Source: Nitrospirae bacterium MYbin3
Lineage (GTDB): Bacteria; Nitrospirota; Thermodesulfovibrionia; Thermodesulfovibrionales; Dissulfurispiraceae
Direction of reading: 5' to 3'
DNA: 34,514 nt
Assembly (NCBI GenBank): GCA_002753335.1
Contig: PEAD01000030.1
Location: 1-34,514, forward strand
Shown here: piece by piece, positions 21,238-29,286 of the stretch
Layout: each line of letters opens with the position of its first letter
Position numbering within the stretch: the first letter of the stretch is position 1
Notes under the pieces: generated by a model
Databases searched by the model: none
What the model saw: the letters and a program-made list of their open reading frames with translations, nothing else
What the model was told of the DNA's origin: nothing
Made by a program: the position numbers and the translations under genes

Positions 21238-22479
21238 ATGCCCCAAACACTGTTCGAAAAATTCATAGAATTTGCCGAAAAAAAAGGCTTGTCCGAAAAG
21301 CTCTATATTGTTGGTGGTGCTGTAAGAGACATGTATATGCAGAATGAGCTTAAGGATATCGACATAGCGGTCATAGGCAATGCGCTTGAGTTGGCCAGAG
21401 TCTTTGCTTCTGAGGCGGAAGCTTCTTATGTTCTACTTGATGAGGACTTTGCTGTTGCAAGAATAGTGAAAGACAGCCAGATTATTGATCTGGCCAACAT
21501 GAGATGCGGCACTCTCGATATAGACCTCTTGGAGAGGGACTTGACAATAAATGCGATGGCCCTGCCCTTGCGCTATGCTTCAGTTCAGGATTTAAAGCAA
21601 ATAGTTGACCCGCTAAACGGGCTTTCAGATATAGAAAACAGAGTTGTACGCATGGTTGCTGATGAAAATTTTTTGAAAGATCCTTTGCGCTTGCTGCGTG
21701 TTTACAGGTTTGCTGCAACATTGAACTATTCCATAGAAAATAGAACCAGAGAAGCTGTAGCATCTTTTGCTGAAATGATAACCTCTGTGCCGGGCGAGAG
21801 GGTTGCTGAAGAACTCCGCCAAATTCTTAGGACCGGTGAATCCGGTAAAATCTTCTCACTTATGTTGGAAGACGGATTGTTTCAGAAAATATTCAAAAAA
21901 GGAGATCCCGAAAGAATATTGTCATTGTACTGCAAGATTGAAAACATACTCAATTCAGCAAATGACATGCTGCCTGAAGATTTTGTGAAAAATTATCCGG
22001 TTATAATTTGCCTTAAGCTTTCAACCCTGTTTGAATCAGAAAAATCACTGCTTGACTTTTTGTCTGCTATGAGAATTTCGCGCAGGGAATCAGAACTGAC
22101 AAAGAAATATTTCTGCGACAGGAATGCAGTTGCTAATTTATACAATCTAAAAGCGCTTCCGGATAACAGCGAGGCGGTCAGTTTATTAATGAAATTCAAA
22201 CATGACATTTACCCCCTGTCAATATTGGCAATAGCTTTGGACAGCAAAATTACTGATTACTGCAAAAGTCTTATTTCGTTTTATGAAAACGAATTCAAAT
22301 CTAGAGAATCTCTATTGCCGCTCATAAATGGCTCAGATATTAAAAAAGAATTCAATCTTAATGCATCTCCTATGTTTAAAAAAATTCTTGAAGCAGTTGA
22401 AAAAGAGGTATTGGAAGGAAGAATAACAACGAAAGAACAGGCCTTATCTATTGCCCTGAAGGAAATTAATCAGATATGA
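21238..22479 (+). CDS. Class II tRNA nucleotidyltransferase / poly(A) polymerase family, probably CC-adding type
   Basis: YIVGGAVRD...DIDIA, DL.ERDLTINAMA, KDPLRLLRVYRF, ERVAEEL. The loop before motif B is short. Start taken at ATG 21238, after the GH57 stop. Confidence 0.8.
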   Translation: MPQTLFEKFIEFAEKKGLSEKLYIVGGAVRDMYMQNELKDIDIAVIGNALELARVFASEAEASYVLLDEDFAVARIVKDSQIIDLANMRCGTLDIDLLERDLTINAMALPLRYASVQDLKQIVDPLNGLSDIENRVVRMVADENFLKDPLRLLRVYRFAATLNYSIENRTREAVASFAEMITSVPGERVAEELRQILRTGESGKIFSLMLEDGLFQKIFKKGDPERILSLYCKIENILNSANDMLPEDFVKNYPVIICLKLSTLFESEKSLLDFLSAMRISRRESELTKKYFCDRNAVANLYNLKALPDNSEAVSLLMKFKHDIYPLSILAIALDSKITDYCKSLISFYENEFKSRESLLPLINGSDIKKEFNLNASPMFKKILEAVEKEVLEGRITTKEQALSIALKEINQI

Positions 22480-22517
22480 TTTAAATCATATTATTCTGGA
22501 TAAAAATGTTTTATTAT
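22474..22517 (+). promoter_or_regulatory. CRP/FNR-family-like site (ATATGAT-TTAA-ATCATAT) with class II promoter geometry
   Basis: Perfect 18-bp palindrome 22474-22491 with a TGAT-N4-ATCA core. With -10 TATTAT at 22512-22517 its centre is at -41.5. Confidence 0.6.
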
Positions 22518-22531
22518 TTTCTAACAGCTTA

Positions 22532-22586
22532 GTGGGGCAATCCCACATAATCTCCCGAGGGACTCTCTCCTCCCCAGAGAGTCCCT
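22532..22586 (+). other. Two stem-loops in the leader of the polyferredoxin gene; second has a CCUCCCC loop
   Basis: GTGGG-GCAAT-CCCAC (22532-22546) and a perfect 11-bp stem AGGGACTCTCT-CCTCCCC-AGAGAGTCCCT (22558-22586). Confidence 0.6.
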
Positions 22587-22598
22587 TACCCCCTACAT

Positions 22599-23606
22599 AT
22601 GAAAACAGAAAAAACAGACCGCCCCCAGATAAGAAAAATCAGATATGTGGTGCAATGGGCAATATTTTTCTCGGTCATATATGCAGGATACCAATTTAAT
22701 GCCTTTGTTGACTCGCTCGAAAAGAATAATTTGGCGGTTGTTTATCGCCCGCCTTCGGTTGAGGGTTTCCTACCTATAGGCGGCCTTATGTCGCTCAAAT
22801 TATGGGCTACTACAGGCATTTTAGACCCAATTCATCCTGCAGCCCCTGTAATACTTTTTGCAGCACTCGCAGTCTCTTTTTTGTTTAGGAAAGCCTTTTG
22901 CGGTTGGATATGTCCGGTAGGGACTTTCTCTGAAACCGCATGGAGAACTGGTCAAAAAATATTTGGCAAAACATACATCATCCCTAAATATGTGGATTAC
23001 ATCCTGCGTTCGCTTAAATACCTGCTTATGGCATTTTTTATTTTTATCATAGTGGTACAAATGGCGCCGTTTCATATTATTTCATTTCTTGAAACACCTT
23101 ACTGGAAGATCGCTGATATAAAAATGTTGAAGTTTTTTACCGAAATGTCGATGACTTCGAAAATCACGCTTTCGATTCTATTAATTCTGTCTCTTTTTTA
23201 CAAAAATTTCTGGTGCAGATATCTATGTCCTTACGGGGCATTGGCAGGATTGCTAGGCAGTATAGGGCCGGTAAATATCAAACGAAACAAGGCATACTGT
23301 ATCCAATGCGGTCTTTGCTCAAAAAACTGCCCTTCACTATTGCCGGTTGATAAAAAAGATGCAGTAAAATCTCCTGAATGCACAGGCTGCCTTACATGCG
23401 TAAGTTATTGTCCTGCCAAAGATGCGCTCGACGTTTCGCTTCTGTCTAAAAAGATCTTTAGGCCCGAATTATTCATCTTAATCGCATTAGTACTTTTTTA
23501 CGGAATAATCGCAACCGCTATGCTGTCAGGGAAATGGCATTCATCTGTCACAGCAGAGGAACTCCGCACTCTGATACCGCTGCTAAAAAGCTTGGCTCAT
23601 CCTTAA
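22599..23606 (+). CDS. Membrane 4Fe-4S polyferredoxin (NapH/YccM/RdxA-like)
   Basis: Several TM helices, two CxxxCP motifs (CGWICP, CRYLCP) and two CxxCxxCxxxCP ferredoxin motifs. Confidence 0.85.
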   Translation: MKTEKTDRPQIRKIRYVVQWAIFFSVIYAGYQFNAFVDSLEKNNLAVVYRPPSVEGFLPIGGLMSLKLWATTGILDPIHPAAPVILFAALAVSFLFRKAFCGWICPVGTFSETAWRTGQKIFGKTYIIPKYVDYILRSLKYLLMAFFIFIIVVQMAPFHIISFLETPYWKIADIKMLKFFTEMSMTSKITLSILLILSLFYKNFWCRYLCPYGALAGLLGSIGPVNIKRNKAYCIQCGLCSKNCPSLLPVDKKDAVKSPECTGCLTCVSYCPAKDALDVSLLSKKIFRPELFILIALVLFYGIIATAMLSGKWHSSVTAEELRTLIPLLKSLAHP

Positions 23607-23622
23607 CATACCAACTTTTATA

Positions 23623-23654
23623 TTGCTTATTCATAGGCTTATCTGGTATAAAAT
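23623..23654 (+). promoter_or_regulatory. Putative sigma70 promoter for 6S RNA
   Basis: TTGCTT-N18-TATAAA(AT) immediately before the 6S closing stem. Confidence 0.5.
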
Positions 23655-23660
23655 AAACAA

Positions 23661-23848
23661 GCGTGAAGTTGCCTGCCCTGTTTGTGTCGGGTGACAAATG
23701 TTGATCCGATAAATTGGATCTTTAGGGAGCTGATATAAGGACGGCGGTGTGCAGGCCTCTTAAATGAGGAAGCCTAAACCCCCTTCAAGGCACCCACTTA
23801 GAAAGCTTAAGGATCTGATTTTCATCTGCACGGCAGGGTGGGTTTAAA
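23661..23848 (+). ncRNA. ssrS: 6S RNA
   Basis: Rod of ~180 nt: GCCUGCCCUG/CAGGGUGGGU, CGGGUGA/UCAUCUG, GAUCC/GGAUC, AU-rich central bubble, then GGGAGCU/GGCACCC. It carries GGUGUGCA..GGAAGCCUAA segments like delta-proteobacterial 6S RNAs and lies upstream of rny. Ends are approximate. Confidence 0.85.
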
Positions 23849-23870
23849 AAAGTTCACTACTTTAGAAATT

Positions 23871-23892
23871 AACCCTTATTAAAGGGTTGTTT
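23871..23892 (+). terminator. Weak terminator or processing hairpin downstream of 6S
   Basis: AACCCTT-ATTA-AAGGGTT followed by GTTT. Confidence 0.35.
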
Positions 23893-23895
23893 ACA

Positions 23896-24094
23896 TAGAT
23901 TACGGTACGAAATGGATAGCAGAAATTACGGTTGTAGAGATAAAGGACAAAAGACATGAATTCAATAATTACAAGTATTACTTTGTTATATGGCGAAGTT
24001 ATAACTCCGCCGAACAACGTGTCCTTCTGTCCACCCGGCAAATACAACCGCTGATTTTATTTAATCCATTGTTCTTCTGTTCCGACCGTATCTA
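23896..24094. ncRNA. Unassigned structured RNA element upstream of rny
   Basis: Nested inverted repeats forming a long rod capped by two hairpins (see findings). Confidence 0.55.
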
Positions 24095-24171
24095 AGCTAA
24101 AAAAAGAAAGAAGTTGCGCCTGTTTATTTATTTTTTTTTGCGGGCCAACAATCTTAGGAGGTCATCAGAAA

Positions 24172-25731
24172 ATGGATATAATCTCTATTCTCATCGCTAT
24201 AGCGGTAGGTCTGGCAAGCGGTTTTGGCCTGTCGCTCGCATACAAAAGCTCCTTAAAATCTCAGAAAAACGATATTGACAGAGATCGCGAAAGGTTGATG
24301 GAAGACGCCCGCCGCGAAGCCGAAAATATCAAAAAAGACGCCTCGCTTTCTGCAAAAGAAATTGTATATCAGGCAAAATCAGAAGCCGAAAAAGAGATTC
24401 GCGAACGGACGAAAGAGTCTAATCAACTAGATAAGAGGCTCAGACAAAAAGAAGAAACTTTAGAGAAAAAAATAGACCAAGCCGAAAAAAGAGAGCACGA
24501 ACTTAGTCGCAGAGAAAAAGAGTTCAACAACAGGGACAAGGCACTTTCTGAAAAAGAAAACCAATACTCACAGCTTGTAAAAGATCAAATTTTGATTCTT
24601 GAAAGAATTTCGGGCATAAGCTCGGATGAGGCTAAGAATGAGCTATTCAAGCGCATCGAGGAAGAAACCAGATTTGAATCGGCCAAGCTTGCAAAAAAGA
24701 TAGAGGATGAGGCTAAAGAACAGTCAGAGAAAAAGGCAAAAGAGATTATCAGTGTCGCCATACAGCGCTATTCCAGCGACTATGTGGCTGATGCTACGGT
24801 TTCGGCAGTAAGTCTGCCTGGAGATGAAATGAAAGGCCGCATAATTGGACGGGAAGGAAGAAACATCAGGTCGTTTGAAGCAGCCACAGGCGTGGATCTC
24901 CTTGTTGATGACACACCAGAACTGGTAACCCTCTCTGCCCATGATCCGGTACGCAGAGAGGTGGCGCGCGTTGCTCTCGAAAGGCTTGTGACCGATGGAA
25001 GAATTCACCCGACCAGAATAGAAGAGGTTGTAGAAAAAGTAAAAAAAGAGATTGATGCAACTATCAGGGAAGAAGGAGAGAAAGCTGTATTTGATCTGGG
25101 TCTTTCTGGTGTGCACCCCGAAATAATCAAGGTTATAGGCAGATTGAAATACAGGACATCTTACGGTCAGAATGTTCTGCAGCACTCAAAAGAGGTGGCA
25201 TATCTAGCAGGTATGATGGCGGGAGAGATGGGTGTTGATACAAAACTGGCCAAGCGCGGCGGTCTGCTTCATGATATAGGCAAGGCGATTGACCATGAAG
25301 TAGAAGGCTCGCATCAGGAAATTGGCGCGACACTCGCAAAAAAATACGGAGAAAACGAAAAGGTTATAAATGCTATTCTAGCCCATCACGGAGAAGTTGA
25401 TCCGATATGCGTTGAGTCGGCATTGGTGGCTGCAGGTGACGCACTTTCCGCAGCCCGCCCCGGTGTCAGACGCGAAAGTATAGAGAACTATTTAAAGCGT
25501 CTTGAAAAGCTCGAAGAGCTTGCCATGTCGTTTAACGGTGTAGAAAAATGCTACGCAATTCAGGCCGGCAGAGAAATAAGAATCATAGTAAAGCCTGAGC
25601 ATATGCCTGATGATGCCTGCACTGCGGTTTCACGCGACCTTGCCCGCAAGATTGAATCCGAAATGTCCTATCCCGGACAAATTAAGGTTACGGTTATAAG
25701 AGAGTCGCGTTTTGTGGATTACGCAAAATAA
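24172..25731 (+). CDS. rny: Ribonuclease Y
   Basis: N-terminal TM, coiled coil, KH ([14 protein letters not shown]), HD (LLHDIGKA), [24 protein letters not shown]. Confidence 0.98.
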   Translation: MDIISILIAIAVGLASGFGLSLAYKSSLKSQKNDIDRDRERLMEDARREAENIKKDASLSAKEIVYQAKSEAEKEIRERTKESNQLDKRLRQKEETLEKKIDQAEKREHELSRREKEFNNRDKALSEKENQYSQLVKDQILILERISGISSDEAKNELFKRIEEETRFESAKLAKKIEDEAKEQSEKKAKEIISVAIQRYSSDYVADATVSAVSLPGDEMKGRIIGREGRNIRSFEAATGVDLLVDDTPELVTLSAHDPVRREVARVALERLVTDGRIHPTRIEEVVEKVKKEIDATIREEGEKAVFDLGLSGVHPEIIKVIGRLKYRTSYGQNVLQHSKEVAYLAGMMAGEMGVDTKLAKRGGLLHDIGKAIDHEVEGSHQEIGATLAKKYGENEKVINAILAHHGEVDPICVESALVAAGDALSAARPGVRRESIENYLKRLEKLEELAMSFNGVEKCYAIQAGREIRIIVKPEHMPDDACTAVSRDLARKIESEMSYPGQIKVTVIRESRFVDYAK

Positions 25732-25743
25732 CAAGCGTAAGCA

Positions 25744-26523
25744 ATGAAGGTACTTTTTATAGGCGACATAGTCGGCAAGTCTGGCCGAAACACCGTAAAA
25801 GCCTTGCTGCCTAACCTTTGCGATAGATACAAAGTCGATTTCGTTATCGCAAACGGTGAAAATGCCGCAGGCGGCTTCGGCATAAATGAGAAGACCGCTA
25901 AAGAACTCTTTTCTGCCGGAATAGATGTAATAACTACCGGCAACCATGTATGGGACAAAAAAGAGGCCCTGCCCTACCTCGCAAAAGAAGAGCGGATACT
26001 ACGGCCTATCAACTATCCTGAAGGAGTACCGGGCTTTGGCAGCATAGTCTTGACCACAAAAAGCAAAGAAAAAATTGCGGTACTCAATGCATCAGGCAGG
26101 GTTTTTATGAATACTCTCGAATGTCCTTTCAGAAAATGCAAATCAGAAATAAAAAAGCTTCGTGAAGAAACCAAAAACATATTTATAGATTTTCATGCTG
26201 AAGCCACATCGGAAAAAATTGCTTTCGGATACTACATTGACGGAACAGTAACGGCTATAGTAGGTACCCACACTCATGTTCAAACCGCAGACGAAAAAAT
26301 ACTTTCGGGCTCAACCGCCTACATTACTGATGTAGGCATGACAGGCCCTCTGACATCAGTTATCGGAATAGAAAAAGAACAGATAATAGAGCGCTTTCTT
26401 CTGCACATGCCGAGGAAGTACGATGTTGCTGACGGTAAGGCGGTATTGTCTGCGGTTCTGATTGAGTCTAACGATGAAGGCATGGCCACCGCAATTCATA
26501 GATTACAAATCACAAATCCATAA
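25744..26523 (+). CDS. ymdB: YmdB-like metallophosphoesterase (TIGR00282-type)
   Basis: GDIVG..GR, NGENAAGG.G, T.GNH.WD, DFHAEATSEK, GTHTHVQTAD, TDVGMTG; follows rny. Confidence 0.93.
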   Translation: MKVLFIGDIVGKSGRNTVKALLPNLCDRYKVDFVIANGENAAGGFGINEKTAKELFSAGIDVITTGNHVWDKKEALPYLAKEERILRPINYPEGVPGFGSIVLTTKSKEKIAVLNASGRVFMNTLECPFRKCKSEIKKLREETKNIFIDFHAEATSEKIAFGYYIDGTVTAIVGTHTHVQTADEKILSGSTAYITDVGMTGPLTSVIGIEKEQIIERFLLHMPRKYDVADGKAVLSAVLIESNDEGMATAIHRLQITNP

Positions 26524-26546
26524 ACAACAAATCAGGGAGGCGCTTT

Positions 26547-26966
26547 ATGGCAAAGGCAACGGTTAAATGGGTTGAAGGTCTTCAGTTTGTAGGAGAAACA
26601 GGCTCAGGGCACGCCATTGTGCTGGACGGGGACGCTGAATTCGGCGGCAAGAATACAGGTGTTAGGCCTACAGAACTTTTGCTTATAGGGCTTGGTGGAT
26701 GCTCAGGTATGGATATAATGTCGATACTCAAAAAGAAACGCCAGAAAGTTCACTCATTCGAAGCGCGCATAACTGCGGACAAAACCAAGACAGAACCTGT
26801 TAGGTTCGAAAAATTCAATGTAGAGTATGTCGTAACAGGAGAGAATATATCCGAAGAAGCGGTAAAACGAGCTGTTGAGCTTTCGATGGGAAAATACTGC
26901 TCGGTTAAACTGACTCTCGAAAATAAGGCCGAAATTTCTTTCAGCTACAAAATAATAAAAGACTAA
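26547..26966 (+). CDS. OsmC-like (YhfA-type) protein
   Basis: GVRPTELLLIGLGGCSGMD...KYCSV two-Cys pattern; SD GGGAGG. Confidence 0.88.
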   Translation: MAKATVKWVEGLQFVGETGSGHAIVLDGDAEFGGKNTGVRPTELLLIGLGGCSGMDIMSILKKKRQKVHSFEARITADKTKTEPVRFEKFNVEYVVTGENISEEAVKRAVELSMGKYCSVKLTLENKAEISFSYKIIKD

Positions 26967-28015
26967 GCAGTAGACTGGTATTTATAATAGGCGGCGCAGC
27001 TGCCTTCGGTACTTACCATGCATGCGCCTATGGGCCTGTCAGGAGTGCATGCTTTTCCGAACATCGGACATTCATTAGGCATCTTCACCCCGCGCAAAAC
27101 CAGACCACACTGACACCCTTTGGGTTCCGGATAATCAGGAACGTCTAAACTAAAAACAGACTCGGCATCTCTATGACGCCATTTTTCTTTGAGCTTTAAA
27201 CCGCTGTTCGGCAGCATGCCTATGCCGCGCCAATAACTGTCAGAAGGCTCGAAATATTCTTCTATAAACGAGATTGCTTTTGCATTGCCATCAGGATTAA
27301 CCACCGATTTATATTGTATCTCGACCTCTGCCCTACCCTCAGAAATCTGTTTTAAAAGCATCACAATGCCAGAAATTATGTGTTGTGCATCAAAGCCTGT
27401 AACCACACAAGGTATTTTGTAACGTTCAGCGACAAAACCATAAGGTTTGCTTCCGATGATAGTACTTACATGTCCTGGCAGTATGAATCCGTCAATCCTA
27501 ACATCGTCTGACTGCAACAGGACATCAAGAGCAGGCGGCACGAGTTTGTGCACAGAAAATACATAGAAATTTTCTATGCCCTGTCTTTCGGCCTCAGAAA
27601 TGGTGCCGGCTGCCAGCGGCGCTGTTGTTTCAAATCCTGCAGCAAAGAAAACCACATTTTTATCTTTATTTTCCTTTGCTATCTTTAGCGAATCGAGTGG
27701 AGAATAAACAATTCTTATGTCTGCGCCATCAGCCTTTGCTTCACTCAGAGTCTTTTTTCCTCCCGGCACACGCATCATGTCGCCGAAGGTGGTCATTATC
27801 GCATCTTTTGATTCGGCAAAGGCGATAGCCTTATCAATATCCTTAATGGAAGTTACGCAAACAGGACATCCGGGACCACTTAAAAGTTTCAGTCCATCCG
27901 GTAGCATACCCCTGAGTCCATGCTTGAAGATAGCAACAGTATGGGTTCCGCAAACCTCCATAAAATTTAGAGGCCGTCCTATCTTAGTGTAAAGATTTTT
28001 TATTAAATCTATCAT
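26963..28015 (-). CDS. hypD: [NiFe]-hydrogenase maturation protein HypD
   Basis: MEVCGTHT, GPGCPVCVT, GFETTAP, PGHVS, C-terminal CQCG...C..FG..C.P..P.GACMVS.EGSCAAYY. Confidence 0.96.
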   Translation of the reverse strand: MIDLIKNLYTKIGRPLNFMEVCGTHTVAIFKHGLRGMLPDGLKLLSGPGCPVCVTSIKDIDKAIAFAESKDAIMTTFGDMMRVPGGKKTLSEAKADGADIRIVYSPLDSLKIAKENKDKNVVFFAAGFETTAPLAAGTISEAERQGIENFYVFSVHKLVPPALDVLLQSDDVRIDGFILPGHVSTIIGSKPYGFVAERYKIPCVVTGFDAQHIISGIVMLLKQISEGRAEVEIQYKSVVNPDGNAKAISFIEEYFEPSDSYWRGIGMLPNSGLKLKEKWRHRDAESVFSLDVPDYPEPKGCQCGLVLRGVKMPNECPMFGKACTPDRPIGACMVSTEGSCAAYYKYQSTA

Positions 28016-28030
28016 TTCGAAAGTATATCA
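28016..28030 (-). promoter_or_regulatory. Extended -10 promoter (TGATATACT) 6 nt before hypD ATG
   Basis: Minus strand reads TGATATACT-TTCGAA-ATG with no SD; the 9-mer is identical to that at glnD. Confidence 0.6.
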
Positions 28031-28045
28031 AATATGCATGGAAGA

Positions 28046-29281
28046 TTAGAACAGTTTTACTTTAACATCTTCTCCTGCATCGATTCCTAGCTTACCTTCA
28101 GGTATAACCACTACCCCGTCTGCCTTTACGAGAGTGGTAATCAAACCTGATTTGCCGAGCACCGGAACAGCGTATAACTCATCCCCTTCTAATTCAAGAG
28201 CAACCCTAACATGGTCTTCCCTGCCGGCAACAGAGGCTATGCTCTTTTTTATTTTTGCATATGCAAAATTCTTAGAAATTTTATTTTTATGAAGTCCGCA
28301 TAAAACCTCAAGCAAAGGCCTTACAAACATATCAAAACTCACTGCTGTAGCAGCAGGATGTCCCGGAAGCCCAATTACCGGCTTGTTCCCTATGAAGGCC
28401 CCAATAACAGGCTTGCCCGGTTTTACCGCGACGCCATGAAAAAGCACGCCGGGGTTACCCAACTCATTTATAATTGCAGCTGTCATGTCTTTTACTCCTG
28501 CAGATGTTCCACCGCTTACAATAACAATATCAGAACTTTCGAGCGCATCTGATAATGTTTTTTTGATAAGGTCATATTCGTCTTTTATTATCCCTTTTTT
28601 TACAGGGATGCCACCGTTATCATTAATCAGGCCTGTCAGCGTAAAGGAATTTATATCTCTGACCTGCCCCGGCTGAAGCACACTTGAAGCAGGCAGAATC
28701 TCATCTCCTGTAGAAATTATCGCAACTACAGGTTTGCGATAGACATTAACCTGTGTTATCCCAAGACCTGCAAGAGCTCCTATGTCCTGCGCCCTCAAGC
28801 GCCGTCCTTTTGAAAGCACCTGCGTGCCTTTTTGAATATCTTCTCCGGCGAGGATAACATTCTCGTTCGGCGCAACAGACTTCATCGCTTCTATCATGTC
28901 AACAGAAACAGCCTGGGCATTTTCTAGCATTAAAACCGCGTCAGCCCCTTTGGGCAACATACCACCGGTGGGAATCTTGGCAGCCTCTCCCTTTGAAATT
29001 TCAAAAGAGGCAGGCTCTCCCATGAATACTTCATTCTTGATAGAAAGATAGGCCGGCATAGTATCTTTTGCGCCGAAGGTGTCAGCAGAGCGAACAGCAT
29101 AGCCGTCAACTGTCGAACGCGAGAATCCGGGTAGGTCTTCGCTTGCGATTATGTTTTCTGCAAGCACCCGGTTGTAGCATTCTTCGATAGGAAGTTTATG
29201 AAAAGCCAGTTCAGGCTTCGAAAAAGAAGAAAAAAGAAGAGAGCGTGCTTCTTGCGGAAGGATGTAGTTTTTGCCGAACAT
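28046..29281 (-). CDS. moeA: Molybdopterin molybdenumtransferase MoeA
   Basis: PGFSRSTVDGYAV, IPTGG.LP.GADAV, ISTGDE, SGGTSAG..D, VKPGKP, GLPGHP. Confidence 0.95.
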   Translation of the reverse strand: MFGKNYILPQEARSLLFSSFSKPELAFHKLPIEECYNRVLAENIIASEDLPGFSRSTVDGYAVRSADTFGAKDTMPAYLSIKNEVFMGEPASFEISKGEAAKIPTGGMLPKGADAVLMLENAQAVSVDMIEAMKSVAPNENVILAGEDIQKGTQVLSKGRRLRAQDIGALAGLGITQVNVYRKPVVAIISTGDEILPASSVLQPGQVRDINSFTLTGLINDNGGIPVKKGIIKDEYDLIKKTLSDALESSDIVIVSGGTSAGVKDMTAAIINELGNPGVLFHGVAVKPGKPVIGAFIGNKPVIGLPGHPAATAVSFDMFVRPLLEVLCGLHKNKISKNFAYAKIKKSIASVAGREDHVRVALELEGDELYAVPVLGKSGLITTLVKADGVVVIPEGKLGIDAGEDVKVKLF

Positions 29282-29286
29282 CCTGA

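Noticed and set aside
23862..24047. 61-aa minus-strand ORF between 6S and rny
   Set aside because: Non-ATG start, no SD and no recognisable motif. The region is better explained by RNA structure.
23850..24171. Possible pseudogene of 5-formyl-THF cyclo-ligase, which often follows 6S RNA
   Set aside because: I found no recognisable protein motifs in the frames I read, and extensive nested base pairing argues against a decayed CDS.
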